Shown: positions 10,650 to 25,180, counted from the stretch's first letter. The stretch is 64,000 nucleotides of DNA from Glycera tridactyla (GCA_965644265.1 OZ286474.1:23498001-23562000); one strand, 5' to 3'. Made by a program: numbers and translations. Notes: generated from the sequence alone by a model not told the origin.

Positions 10650-13260
10650 CTAGGACGCAATGTCATGGTCCACAAGTACCGGCCTGTGGAACTTTCGGAG
10701 TTACTCTTGGTCATCGGTCACACAAGGACACACGATGGAGGCTCAGTTGATTGACATTGTCTCTTGATCATCACAACAACCAGGATAGGAAGGCTGTGCC
10801 GTTTTTTTGTTGCAATAAATAAATAAAATAGATCCCAACCCACATTTCTCGTTTGGTTGTCATTCAGTCATACCCAACACCTGGACCCTCATGCATAACC
10901 CCTTGGGTTGACACATTCTTTTCATCTCCAACCAACTGACCAAAATCCACATGATGGTTGTGTTTTGGGAATGATACAGATGCAGCAAAGATAGCACCTG
11001 ATCTATATTGGGAAGATCATGGCATTGTCATGCATGGTTTCATAGCAGCAGTCCATGTCAGTTGAAGATACGCATCATTCCTCACAAGATTCGAATCACC
11101 ATTAGGTTTTATAGCAAGACTATATGGCCGTGAAGTAAAAACGCAATACCAAACGAGGTGTGAATTTCACCAGATGTCACGAGGCCGAAGGCCGAGTGAT
11201 ATCTGGTGAAATTCACACCAAGTTTGGTATTGCGTTTTCACCTCACGGTCATATAGTCTTGCTTTTATCACATGGATTATGGGAGAAATCATCAAAAAGT
11301 AGTTCTCGCTCTGCTGTGAAGTATCACACGCAATACTCAACACCTGATACTTCACTGAAAATGGCACATCCATGTGATAATAATCTCTCGACTACTCTCT
11401 TCCGGGTGTATCCCACTACTGATTCTGGAAATCATTGGTTTTTCCTATTCCTCAGGAAGACTGGAATAACAAGTGATATCCAACTGCTATGGAATTTCGC
11501 TTTGATTGCATGACTTATTTCCGTACATGACACACTAGGATCATTGACTCTCTATCTGGATTGTCTGATATCTACATACTCTCAATTAGGGATAGAATAT
11601 CACCAGGTGCGAAATGACATTTTTCCATTTTTCATGCCATTCGTTCATCTTCATCGTCATCTCTCAGGATTTTCATGAGAGGAGCTGTCTTTTTACCACG
11701 GGATTATGCTATTATGATAGAAACGAGGGAATACTGGAGAGATCGCTTGAACGACCACTGGAAAGCCACAATTAGAATGAAAGAACCACACTTTCACAAA
11801 AGTGCACTTTCCACCAATTTCGTCTGATGTCGCAGGTAGCATGTAAAGTGTCATTTATCTATGGTCCTAATGGAAGAAAACGTTTGAGCATACAGTGTCC
11901 TTTTTGACTAGGACATATGTCTTATTCCATTAACTTCTGAACTTATCATGCATGATGATGGATTCCCCAATGCCATGATAAGCTTTTTGAGCAAGTCCCT
12001 GCTAGACCCTTTATGTTATATGAGATATTCAACCACCCAATCCAAAATGAGTTGTCATCAATTATATCATCCCATCGAATGCCTCATCCATGATGGTGGA
12101 TCTAGAGTCGCTGAGGGCAAATTCTTGTAGTTAGTGTGCTGACAGTGGCCAGCAAAAAATGGACAAGACTGAACATCAACATCTGTACAAACATATGAAA
12201 GTATATAATCCCCTCTGTGAAGCTCAATCTCGATTCAGAAAACGCCACGTGTCTAACTACAATACCTGAACATATGTGGGACAGATATAAATCGAAGGGA
12301 TGCAGCTCCAATGGTTCTACGTATACTGAAAAGGCTTCTGACATGGTGAATCACAGTTATCTACTCTGAAATTTGAAAGGATATGAATGAGATCCCAATA
12401 CCGTGGTCAGGTTCAATGAATACCTGTCAAACAGGTATCAGCACACTTGAGTGAAAGAGAATTTTCAAGCAATATCTTGTCGGCTCCCCTGGGCACCAAT
12501 TCCTGGGCTCGACCTCCTATTGAATGTGATGATCAACTTCCCAAATTCAATCATATCCTAAACAGTGAGTATGAATGCTGATGAAATAGCTTTATACTGT
12601 TTATCGGACCATCCACATCGAATCGGACTGAACTCATGGATGGCGTTCATTGGGGCTGAGTCATGGTTGCATGGACACAGACTCACTGTCAAGATCAAGA
12701 AAGCAAAATTACTCTTACTGAGAACGACCATAAACTCGGAAAGATATGGCCATTGGTGGCAGTAATCTTCAAAGGGTGTAGTCTGGGGAATATTAGTTTG
12801 CGATGGTGTGTGTAAGCCTCCGCTTTGATGAGCACATCAAGTACATGAATCATCTGTGATTGGGTGAGTCAGACATTTAATCAGCCCATCATTTCAATGC
12901 ATGTTTTATCATTCAGAAGTATCACCCCTCAATCATCAATGTGAGCAGATGTTTTGTGCCTCAAGTGTTCTGAATCAAGGACCGCTGCACAAACTCAAGG
13001 AAAATGTCATATTATTTTCACGGGAGGCCTACTGTATAGTACACCACAATATGAACACAACATTTATGAATATTTGACTTGACTGTGTTACAGCCAAAAA
13101 GCTGATCGAGAATCTGTCATGGTCTGCATGAGTCCACTACTAGAGAATCCATTCGAATGCAATGAATATTTCCATACTGCTTCAATGCATCCGTTCCATG
13201 ATCATACTGCTTCTACCTCGAGTCATTCGAGTACAATCATCCCAATCCTATTCCCGTTCC
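10650..13260 (+). mobile_element. Ancient decayed CR1/L2-group LINE ORF2 (endonuclease + RT) downstream of A2
   Basis: Hand translation across stops and frameshifts gives RT-order motifs: VSVLTVASK, KMDKTEHQHLYKHMKVYNPLCEAQSRFRKRH, KASDMVNHSYLL, EYLSNRYQ, SMNADEIALY (YADD site), SWLHGHRLTVKIKKAK, SLRFDEHIKY. Confidence 0.75.
11111..11381. mobile_element. Palindromic non-autonomous element (about 72-bp arms, GGCC-GAA-GGCC centre); partial inverted copy at about 48436-48594
   Basis: Arms 11111-11180 and 11196-11266; 13-bp inverted pair TTATCACATGGAT (11265) / ATCCATGTGATAA (11368); absent from the duplicate unit at about 19798. Confidence 0.7.
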
Positions 13261-13661
13261 ATTTCAACCTCTGTTTGGAGACCCAGGACGAAGGGTCTTG
13301 AATTTACCCACCCATGAGCATTGCACAATTGGCTCAATATAGCTTATATGATTTTCACAGGGAATCAAACAATCAACCAGTCAATCATCCATAGAGTGTC
13401 CTGATATTGAAAGAAAAGCATGGCTTCGGACAATGAGCACCAATCCATGGCCTGCTGTAGCGCAGAAGAATGAAGGCTGTATCATCAAGGCATAGAGCGC
13501 CTGATCTAAATGAGCAGGATTATTATGATACTGAATCATCTCAGATTTATATATTCAGGGAGGAAATGTACAACACTAAGGCTGAGTCATGATGCCAACA
13601 AACCTGGTTCACTGGTATTCGAGCTGAGACCGAAATACATCAATCTTGGCAAAAAAACACC

Positions 13662-14479
13662 ATTTCCCTCATGCATCTTGTCCAGTTGCTCTCAAAGATT
13701 TTCTCTCATGCATGTTGTCCAGTTGCTCTCAAAGATTTCCCTCATGCATGTCGTCCAGTTGCTCTCAGAGATTTCCCTCATGCATATTGTCCAGTTGCTC
13801 TCAAAGATTTCCCTCATGTATGTTGTCCAGTTGCTCTCAAAGATTTCCCTCATGCATGTTGTCCAGTTGCTCTCAAAGATTTCCCTCATGCATGTTGTCC
13901 AGTTGCACTCAAAGATTTCCCTCACGCATGTTGTCTAGTTGCTCTCAAAGATTTCCCTCATGCATGTTGTACAGTTGCTCTCAAAGATTTCCCTCACGCA
14001 TGTTGTCCAGTTGCTCTCAAAGATTTCCCTCATGCATATTGTCCAGTTGCTCTCAAAGATTTCCCTCACGCATGTTGTCCAGTTGCTCACAAAGATTTCC
14101 CTCATGCATGTTGTCCAGTTGCTCTCAAAGATTTCCCTCACGCATGTTGTCCAGTTGCTCACAAAGATTTCCCTCATGCATGTTGTCCAGTTGCTCTCGA
14201 AGATTTCCCTCATGCATGTTGTCCAGTTGCTCTCAAAGATTTCCCTAATGCATGTTGTCCAGTTGCACTCAAAGATTTCCCTCATGCATGTTGTCCAGTT
14301 GCTCTCAAAGATTTCCCTTATGCATGCTGTGCAGTTGCTCACAAAGATTTCCCTCATGCATGTTTTCCAGTTGAACTCAAAGATTTCCCTCATGCATGTT
14401 GTCCAGTTGCTCACAAAGATTTCCCTCATGCATGTTGTCCAGTTGAACTCAAAGATTTCCCTCATGCATGTTGTCCAGT
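13662..14479. repeat. 36-bp minisatellite, about 22.7 units
   Basis: Unit GCTCTCAAAGATTTCCCTCATGCATGTTGTCCAGTT. Confidence 0.97.
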
Positions 14480-17400
14480 CCTATCATTTTCAGACTTCAC
14501 AACTTTGACTTCATGAACAACTACAACCATCCATGAATATCCGTAGCATTAGGAGTTCAATCTCAACCTGTTTTCTTGGTGCGATGAAATGCTGAGGTGC
14601 ATAGCATTTTCTGAGCATGGAATTTCCATATTCTGACACACTGGAGACACAATGCTGGCAAGGCATCCTAAGTAAACAGCGAGTATGTGTCTAAGCAGAT
14701 TTATTCATTGAGTGCAAAGAAATTGGCACATCATGTCCCAAATTACAAATCTACCCCCCCCCCCCCCAAAAAAAAAGAAGAAAATGTTGACCTACTCATT
14801 CCTCCTATTGCACGAACCGACCTGAATATCGACTTCGTTTATTTCATGATAGCATTGCAGTCAGAATGCACGCTTGAGATATTGCATCACCATATACACA
14901 ATTACAGAGTCAGTTTGAGATGCATAAGATCGACCCCATTGACCTCCCATTTGAAGAAGACTCAATTGTTCAAGGAAGGAGAGAGGAATGACAAAATCAT
15001 CAACTGATATGTTTCCTGGAATGTAGAGACGATGTCAATCTTCTCTTTTTGTCAATCATTCCTCAGGAATCAAGTATAGTAATTTTATGATGACCTATTG
15101 ATGATCACTTGATATCAGACGAAAACCATCTTGAATTCCGAGCAGTGATGAGCAATGAGCGAAAACAATGAATCTAAGTAGTATTCACAAGTTGTGACTA
15201 TTAAGGCAAACATGTGGATCAACAGGTCTGAGTATTTTTTTACATCAGAAATCAAATATGTCAGGCTCAAGTTTGGTGGCATCCAAAGTGGCTAAGGGTC
15301 CTTGCATTTACCATCGTGACCCTTCCTCGGGTTTGACCTGCCTCCTCGGTTCAGTCAAAAATACTGGTTGAGATAACTTAGTTGGTCAATTGAATGAGTA
15401 ATGTTTATCCCATGCTGGTTTATATGAGACTAGTTTTTTAATTGTTCCCAATAGAATAATATGATTCCGAATCGGCCTTCGGTCTCGGGAATTATTCAGC
15501 CAAAACACAACTCGTGGTGTATAACTCGTCGGACCATACCCCCATGATTTCTTGCTGGCCCTTATTCACCAGGATATTATGGTCATTGCACAACTGTTTC
15601 AATAACGCTCAAATGGTGTAAAAAAAATACATCATGTGATCCCCTCAGATTAAAAGCGAAGCGGGGCTTCGAAAAATAAGCACAGAGGTATGGTCTGCTT
15701 CAGTGGCGGGAAATGGAGACTGCATCAAGCATAGATAGCCTGATCAAAATGGAAAGGATCATTATAGTTCTGAATCAACTCCATGATCTCCCAGAGATGT
15801 ATCACACTAAAGCTGGGTTATGATGTCAACAAACTTGGTTAATTGGTATTTGCGCAACAACCGGAGTAGCTCAACCTGGGCAAATAAATGAGTCACCTAA
15901 TCATTTGATGAACATTTCCCTCAAGCATGTTGTCAAGCCTCATTATTTTACCGAGGATCACAACTTCTGCTGTTTTTCAGTTTGCATCACAACATTAGCT
16001 TTGTAAACAATTGCAACTTATACAGCAAAAAGCAAGCAATATCCCTAAAACCTGAGTTTCGATCTCGACCTGTATCCATGATCTGATCAACCGCTGAAGT
16101 GTATGATAGTTTTATGAGCTCGGATCTTTCACATTCCAACACATCAAATATATAGTGATGCCGAGGCTTTGCAAACAAACCAGTAAGAACAATTGTAAAT
16201 GAAGCTGATTATATTTTTGTGAGCCACAGGATTCTTACGTCATGCTTGAAATTACATATATGTCAGTGTCAATGTTTTCCCATTTATCTCCCCTTTTGCA
16301 CAACGGGACCTGAATATTGATTTCCATTATTCTGTGATAGCATTGCACCCAGAAACATGCACAGGATAGTATATATTTTTTCCGAAAATGATATATGTGT
16401 AGGCCTCATCACGAGGTACACTTTCGTAGATTACTGATAAACCATTCAGTATTATTGATCTTTCACCTCATATCAAGCCTGATCTTCTTTTCAAACTTTA
16501 TCTTCACAATATAGCAACCTTGGTATACGAAGGTTTTCCTGCAATAATCAGACAACCGAATATAACATAAATGGTCAGACATTATGCAGTACTCTCAAGT
16601 GAATGGTTGGTTTTTTGGTCTTCATTATTCGTGAGACATATGACAATTCAATTGGAAGACTTCTTTTCTTCAGAAGTGAAGTGACGAAATTATCAACTGA
16701 AACTTTTACTATTCATTCAGGTGCACAGCCACTGATATATACAGCAGTTTGATGGACTTTGTTATGCATGCCTGTGATTCCATATCAGCGCATGTAGATG
16801 TTTGTCTACCTGTCATCCCTATGGCAGAAAAGCACCTGATCATTGACTCCCATGATTGCATTATAGCGATAGTTGACAGAGTCATACATGGGACCACACA
16901 GTAGCAGTAATGCATACTCAATTGCATGTATGCATACTCATGCCCACTATGTTTGTGCCATATGTGAACATGCATATCTGCGTGCAAAACTAGACTTGCG
17001 CATTGCAGACAATGTAAAATGTCATGACCTTGCTTGGACCAAAATCAACCCACTGTTTTTATAAGATGATATCATTGTGGCATTCTTGCCCCCTCTGACC
17101 AATATTGCTCATTTCATGATTACATAGACCTCAACAAGAGATACACTATTTCTAGATACCAGGCTCACGATCTAAGATTCTTGAATCCTATCTAGAATTC
17201 TCCCAATCATGGTTCATCTCATCAAAGTGTCCTTGGTGTATAACGGATGTTGCACAGTCAAATGATCAAACTATCTCCAGTTACCAGACTCACGATCTCA
17301 GATTCTTGCATCCTATCTAGAATATCATTTTCCCTCCCAATCATGGTTCATCTCATCATAGTAACATCGGTGTACAACGGATGTTACACAGTCAAACAAT

Positions 17401-18016
17401 TAAACAGGAAATGAATTGCCAAATGCAGTACTACGATTTTCATGCAGAGAACCTATGAGCAATCCCTTTTTTGACAATCATTTCACCAATTGAGGAACAA
17501 TTTTAATATGTATATATATATATATATATAAATATATATTTATTTATATACATAGGGCTTCGGGAAACAAAACAATCAATCTGATTAGTATTCATAAACT
17601 TCGACTATTGAATTGATGAGTCATATTCAGATTTATATCAGATAGAGTATTATTATGTCAGTCTCTAGTTGGATGACACTCCCAGTGTGAATATGGGTCA
17701 AATCCTACATGAGTCTCCAGCCATCAAGAGAGATATATACCAAATTGATGAGAAGGAACTAGGTCAATTCTGATAACATGTCTATTCTCATATATAAAAA
17801 GGTCCAACAAACGTACGTATATCAAATCGTAGTCGGCAGGAATACCAGACATGCACACCTAGCCTTCAGACAATGAGAGTCAAGGTCAAGGTCAGTCATG
17901 GGTGCATCTTCAGTGGATGGCTATAAGAGACGGGAGGCTGGCCATTTGGTCTTCACTCTCACCTTGTCCTCATACCTTGGAACATCTTTGTGACCTAGAC
18001 ACCATCCAACATCATC

Positions 18017-18736
18017 ATGAACGGATTCACAGTGGTTGCCTTACTTGCCTGTGTTAGCATGGCCTTTGCTGGTAAATACATGGGAAACTACCAGGGTAAG
18101 TTTGTCTTTGTCACATCCATCCACACTCTTGATCAAATCATCAGAAAGGCTAGGGCCAATATGTGATGAGATCCTTCCACATTCTGATTCAATTTTGAAT
18201 GTGGTAGGGGTGTGTTGGCTATTTTCCGTGCGTTGATCACCATAATGATATATGGAGATGCCCATGCAATAGTTATAGGTGGCATCATTAGAAAGTCCTC
18301 TTTCTGGGCCCTCAACAAGAGGTGAAAATTTATGAAATTCATCGAAATCGTAAGTGTTTGATAGATTCAAAGTAAGTCTCGAAAGTCTCCATGTGGAGGT
18401 TTCTATCATTTGCCTTCAGTCATCTCCTTCCAGCAGTGTCTTATCATTTTGTTATCTTATGTTTTAGGTTCTTGCGGGGCTGATGGTATCTACTCTAATG
18501 GTAACAATGGCATCACATTCTGCTCAGGAGGTGTAGCTTCAACCCAGTACTGTGCTCCAGGTACAAGCCACTCATACAAGGCTGCCGCTGGTGCCTACGG
18601 TTACGGATCTGGACTCTGTGACGTCAACCATAATGACAACAACTATGGCTATTACCCTGGTGCCTACCATGGTGCCTACCCAGGCAACTATGCCTATCCT
18701 GGTGGCTTCGCTCCTCACTTTAACCGAGTTCATTAA
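18017..18736 (+). CDS. A-type copy A3 (115 aa; exons 18017-18095 + 18468-18736), same protein as A2
   Basis: TATAAGA 17922; GTAAGT donor 18096, TTTTAG acceptor 18467; differs from A2 only at three synonymous sites that I found in exon 2. Confidence 0.92.
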
Positions 18737-19336
18737 ATTTCTGCCTGTGATTTGAACATCATCAACATCTAGAAGTTGGGTATGTATATTGAGGTGACGG
18801 AATATACCCATGCTCAATGTAATACACTGCAAGCTTTCTCTTACCCATCTTTGATTCCAGTTAAACTGGCTCTTTTTTTTCAAATCGTGATTATGGAAAA
18901 ATGATCACAAGTACATTCAAAATGGCACTTTTACCGGATATCTTGAATAGATGTGCTTCACCGAATCTCCCAAGCTTTCTCTACCCCTCTCTCTACAAAC
19001 ATATATACACGCACGAACACAAACAAACACACACGGAGACATACATAACTATTTTTGTAGATATTTTGGGACAAACCAGCCTTTCGTTGGATGTAGATGC
19101 TCTCAATTACTAAGGTGAAAGACTATATTTCTGTTTCTCAGAGACATCCTGTGTAGGTGATGGCAATCCATAAGTAGAGAGAGAGCTTGAGATTGCAATC
19201 ATAATTAATTATTAGTTTTCCTCAGCATCCATAACAATTGGAAGTGCTCAGACTGATTTCCCAAGATGGCCATAGCCATGAATCTACAAAATGTGTTGTG
19301 AATATCAGAGGCTACATTCATGATTTTCTGTTTCAG

Positions 19337-21660
19337 CTAGGACGCAATGTCATGGTCCACAAGTACCGGCCTGTGGAACTTTCGGAGTTACTCTTGGTCA
19401 TCGGTCACACAAGGACACACGATGGAGGCTCAGTTGATTGACATTGTCTCTCGGTCATCACAACAACCAGGATAGGAAAAACTGTGCCTTATTTTTGTTG
19501 CAATAAATCAAAAAAATAGATCCCAACCCACATTTCTCGTTTGGTTGTCATTCAGTCATACCCAACACCTGGACCCTCATGCATAACCCCTTGGGTTGAC
19601 ACATTCTTTTCATCTCCAACCAACTGACCAAAATCCACATGATGGTTGTGTTTTGGGAATGATACAGATGCAGCAAAGATAGCACCTGATCTATATTGGG
19701 AATATCATGTCATTGTCATGCATGGTTTCATAGCAGGAGTCCATGTCAGTTGAAGGTACGCATCATTCCTCACAAGATTTGAATCACTGTTAGGTTTTAA
19801 TCTCTCGACTACTCTTTTCCGCGTGTATCACACTACTGATTCTGGAAATCATTGGTTTTCCTATTCCTCAGGAAGTCAGGAATAACAAGTGATATCCAAC
19901 TGCTATGGAATTTTGCTTTGATTGCATGACTTATTTTCTTACATGTCACACTAGGACCATTGACTCTCTATCCGGATTGGCTTTTATCTACATACTCTCA
20001 ATTAGGGGATAGAATTTCACCAGGTGTGAATGACATTTTTCCATTTTTCATGCCATTCGCTCATCTTCATCGTCATCTCTCAGGATTTCAATGAGAGGAG
20101 CTGTCTTTTTACCACGGGATCATGCTATAATGATAGAAAACAGGGAATACTGGGGAGATCGCTTGAACGACCACTGGAAGATCCACAATTAGAATGGAAA
20201 ACTCACACTTTTCCCAAAAGCGCACTTTCCACCAATTTCGTCTGAAGTCGTGGGTAGCATATAAAGTGTCCTCTATCTATGGTCCTAATGGAAGAAAGCG
20301 TTTGAGCATACAGTGTCCTTTTTGACTAAGACATATGTCTTACTCCATTAACTTCTGAACTTATCATGCATGATGATGGATTCCCCAATGCCATGATAAG
20401 CTGTTTGAGCAAGTCCCTGCTAGACCCTTTATGTTATATGAGATATTCAACCACCCAATCCAAAATGAGTTGTCATCAATTATATCATCCCATCGAATGC
20501 CTCATCCATGATGGTGGATCTAGAGTCGCTGAGGGCAAATTCTTGTAGTTAGTGTGCTGACAGTGGCCAGCAAATAATGGACAAGACTGAACATCAACAT
20601 CTGTACAAACATATGAAAGTATATAATCCCCTCTGTGAAGCTCAATCTCGATTCAGAAAACGCCACGTGTCTAACTACAATACCTGAACATATGTGGGAC
20701 AGATATAAATCGAAGGGATGCAGCTCCAATGGTTCTACGTATACTGAAAAGGCTTCTGACATGGTGAATCACAGTCATCTACTCTGAAATTTGAAAGGAT
20801 ATGAATGAGATCCCAATACCGTGGCCAGGTTCAATGAATACCTGTCAAACAGGTATCAGCACACTTTTCAAGCAATGCCATGTCGGCTCCCCTGGGTATC
20901 AATTCCTGGGCTCTTCCTCCTATTGAATGTGATGATCAACTTCCCAAATTCAATCATATCCTAAACAGTGAGTATGAATGCTGATGAAATAGCTTCATAC
21001 TGTTTATCGGGCCATCCACATCGAATTGGACTGAACTCATGAATGGCGTTCATTGGGGCTGAGTCTTGATTGCATGGACACAGTCTCACTGTCAAAATCA
21101 AGAAAGCAAAATTAGTCTTACTGAGAACGATCATAGACTCGGAAATATATGGCCATTGGTGGCAGTAATCTTCAAAGGGTGTAGCCTGGGGAATATTAGT
21201 TTGCGATGGTGTGTGTAAGCCTCCGCATTGATGAGCACATCAAGTACATGAATCATCTGTGATTGGGTGAGTCAGACATTTGATCAGCCCATCATTTCAA
21301 TGCATGTTTTATCATTCAAAAGTATCACCCCTCAATTATCAATGTGATCAGATGTTTTGTGCCTCAAGTGTTCTGAATCAAGGACCGCTGCACAAACTCA
21401 AGGAAAATGTCATATTATTTTCACGGGAGGCCTACTGTATAGTACACCACAATATGAACACAACATTTATGAATATTTGACTTGACTGTGTTACAGCCAA
21501 ATAGCTGATCGAGAATCTGTCATGGTCTGCATGAGTCCACTACTAGAGAGTCCATTCGACTGCAATGAAATATTTCCATACTGCCTCAATGCATCCGTTC
21601 CATGATCATACTGCTTCTACCTCAAGTCATTCGAGTACAATCATCCTAATCCTATTCCCG
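19337..21660 (+). mobile_element. Same ancient CR1/L2 LINE remnant downstream of A3
   Basis: Duplicate of 10650-13260 within the 8.67-kb duplication. Confidence 0.75.
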
Positions 21661-22064
21661 TTCCATTTCAACCTCTGTTTGGAGACCCAGGACGAAGGGT
21701 CTTGAATGTATCCACCCATGAGCATTGCACAATTGGCTCAATATAGCTTATATGATGTTCATAGGGAATCAAACAATCAACCAGTCAATCATCCATAGAG
21801 TGTCCTGATATTGAAAAAAAAGCATGGCTTCGGACAATGAGCACCAATCCATGGCCTGCTGTAGCGCCGAAGAATGAAGGCTGCACCATCAAGGCATAGA
21901 GCGCCTGATCTAAATCAGCAGGATTAGAATGATACTGAATCATCTCAGATTTATCTATTCAGGGACGAAATGTACCACACTAAGGCTGAGTCATGATGCC
22001 AACAAATCTGGTTCACTGGTATTCGAGCTGAGACCGAAATACATCAATCTTGGCCAAAAACACC

Positions 22065-22846
22065 ATTTCCCTCATGCATCTTGTCCAGTTGCTCTCAAAG
22101 ATTTTCTCTCACGCATGTTGTCCAGTTGCTCTTAAAGATTTCCCTCATGCATATTGTCCAGTTGCTTTCAGAGATTTCCCTCATGCATATTGTCCAGTTG
22201 CTCTCAAAGATTTCCCTCATGCATGTTGTCCAGTTGCTCTCAAAGATTTCCCTCATGCATGTTGTCCAGTTGCTCTCAAATATTTCCCTCATGCCTGTTG
22301 TCCAGTTGCTCTCAGCGATTTCCCTCATGCATGTTGTCCGGTTGCCCTCAAAGATTTCCCTCATGCATGTTGTCCAGTTGCTCACAAAGATTTCCCTCAC
22401 GCATGTTGTCCAGTTGCTCTCAAATATTTCCCTCATGCCTGTTGTCCAGTTGCTCTCAAATATTTCCCTCACGCATGTTGTCCAGTTGCTCACAAAGATT
22501 TCCCTCATGCATGTTGTCCAGTTGCTCTCAAAGATTTCCCTCACGCATGTTGTCCAGTTGCTCACAAAGATTTCCCTCATGCATGTTGTCCAGTTGCTCT
22601 CAAATATTTCCCTCATGCATGTTGTCCAGTTGCACTCAAAGATTTACCTCATGCATGTTGTCCAGTTGCTCTCAAAGATTTCCCTTATGCATGCTGTCTA
22701 GTTGCTCTCGAAGATTTCCCTCATGCATGTTTTCCAGTTGCTCTCAAAGATTTCCCTCATGCATGTTGTCCAGTCGCTCTCAAAATTTTCCCTCATGCAT
22801 GTTGTCCAGTTGAACTCAAAGATTTCCCTCATGCATGTTGTCCAGT
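22065..22846. repeat. 36-bp minisatellite, about 21.7 units (duplicate of 13662-14479)
   Basis: Same unit with a different order of variants. Confidence 0.97.
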
Positions 22847-25180
22847 CCTATCATTTTCAGACTTCACAACTTTGACTTCATGAACAACTACAACCATCCA
22901 TGAATATCCGTAGTATTAGGAGTTTCAATCTCAAACTGTTTTCTTGGTGCGATGAAATGCTGAGGTGCATAGCATTTTCTGAGCATGGAATTCCCATATT
23001 CTGACACACTGGAGACACAATGCTGGCAAGGCATCCCAAGTAAACAGCAAGTATGTGTCTAAGCAGATTTATTCATTGAGTGCATAGGAATTGGCACATC
23101 ATGTCCCAAATTACAAATCTACCCCCCCCCCCCCAAAAAAAAGAAAATGTTGACCCACTCATTCCTCCTATTGCACGAACTGACCTGAATATCGACTTTG
23201 TTTATTTCATGATAGCATTGCAGTCAGAATGCACGCTTGAGATATTGCATCACCATATACACAATTACAGAGTCAGTTTGAGATGTATAAGATCGACCCC
23301 ATTGACATCCCATTTGAAGAAGACTCAATTTTTCAAGGAAGGAGAGAGGAATGACAAAATCATCAACTGATATGTTTCCTGGAATGCAGAGACGATGTCA
23401 ATCTTCTCTTTTTGTCAATCATTCCTCAGGAATCAAGTATAATAATTTTATGATGACCTATTGATGATCACTTGATATCAGACGAAAACCATCTTGAATT
23501 CCGAGCAGTGATGGGCAATGAGCGAAAACAATGGATCTAAGTATTATTCACAAGTTGTGACTACTAAGGCAAACATGTGGATCAACAGGTCTGAGTATTT
23601 GTTACATCAGAAATCAAATATTATGTCAGGCTCAAGTTTGGTGGCATCCAAAGTGGCTAAGGGTCCTTGCGTTTACCATCGTGACCCTTCCTCGGGTTTG
23701 ACCTGCCTCCTCGGTTCAGTCAGAAATACTGGTTGAGATAACTTAGTTGGTCAATTGAATGAGTAATGTTTATCCCAAGCTGGTTTATATGAGACTAGTT
23801 TTTTAATTGTTCCCAATAGAATAATATGATTCCGAATCGGCCTTCGGTCTCGTGAATTATTCAGCCGAAACACAACTCGTGGTGTATAACTCGTCGGAAC
23901 CATGCCCCATGATTTCTTGCTATAGTCTTCCATCTGGCGCAACCACTCAGACATGTGTACATGCAGGTATATTCCAACAAAAACATGCATCCAGTCTGCA
24001 ATTGCCAGTCATGTGGACTTGGAGTTGGGCTATGGCACATATCTGATCCGAACCTCGTTCGCCCATGATTACCTGGATGTCAATAGAATACCCTTGGATT
24101 GGAAGCTACCATTGCGATGATAGATACCTTGATCATAGCTATCAAGACCATTATAGATATGATTCCAATCACACTGATATAATCTGAGAGGTATCTTCTG
24201 CAAGAGATAAATCACGCTTAGGCTAAGTTTTAAAATCAACAAACCAGGTTCAGTGATACTTGCAACGGAGCCGAAGTACCTCCTTGGCGGGGGGGGGGGG
24301 GCCTTTTCGTGAGGGGGGCAAGATTGTGGAACAAAATCCCATCACATCTTAGGACAGACGTCAGTAAGGCGACATTGAAAAAGAATATAAAGTTATATTT
24401 CCATTAACAATCCGGGGTTAGCTCTGGCTGTGCACTATTTATGTATTGACTTTTCCACCAATAAGTTGACTTCTTCCTACCCGATCTTGCCGACGACCAA
24501 ACTTAGTCTCCGATAGCTTCCGATAGTCAACAATAACTTCCACTTGTATTGCATCTGTACTTATATTAGAATGTGTATTTGTACGTGTAACTTCACCATA
24601 TTTACCTCTCACTCGTTTATATAGATGTTGTATATATGTACCTATTCTCTTGTCTGATCCCGGAGTATGTAACATGATTGCTCAATGCTTCTACTGAGAA
24701 TAAAATTTCTACAACAACAACAGTAAAAGAAGCCCAATTATCTGTTGAGAAATTCCGTCTCTCATGACGTCCAGTCATATTTTGGTGGGCCCAAAATCTC
24801 GCTATTTATGGTCTGCACTGCAACATTGACACTGGCAACATTGGCACTGCACATAGTAACTTTACTTTGTGTTCTGGCGACCTCCTAGGATCAGATACGT
24901 ACTTGAGACTCCATCCTTCACGAGACATATGACCTAATCAATGAGATGGAACATGGTCAAATCTGATGACTTGTCTATTCTCAACAAACATACATAAATC
25001 ATATGGCAGTGGGTACGAGTACCAGACATGCACGCCTAGCAGCCAGACAATGAGACTAAGGTCAAGGCCATCCTCGGTGGATGGGTATAAAAGGTGGGAG
25101 GCTAGCTATTCGGTCTTCACTCTCACCTTGTCCACCTATCTTGAAGCATCCTTGTCACCTAGACACATTCCAACATCATC

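Larger units (their letters stand above)
6877..23921 (+). repeat. Recent tandem segmental duplication: 6877-15556 and 15551-23921 (offset about 8.67 kb), each with one A gene
   Basis: Near-identical sequence throughout (e.g. ATG 9330 vs 18017); junction GATTT-CTTGCT-GGCCC joins the unit end (GATTTCTTGCT at 23911-23921) to the unit start (CTTGCTGGCCC at 6877). Confidence 0.95.

Noticed and set aside
13510-14516. Cys-rich repeat ORFs such as (ALKDFPHACCPV)n, resembling metallothionein or keratin-associated proteins (also 22050-22883)
   Set aside because: They come from a 36-bp minisatellite with no stop in four of six frames; no signal peptide, splice or promoter context; variants do not favour one frame.
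24440-24725. Other AT-rich inserts with simple-repeat tails (also about 30660-30960 and 42405-42840)
   Set aside because: Probably LINE 3' UTR fragments, but with no coding motif or TSD to support a call.
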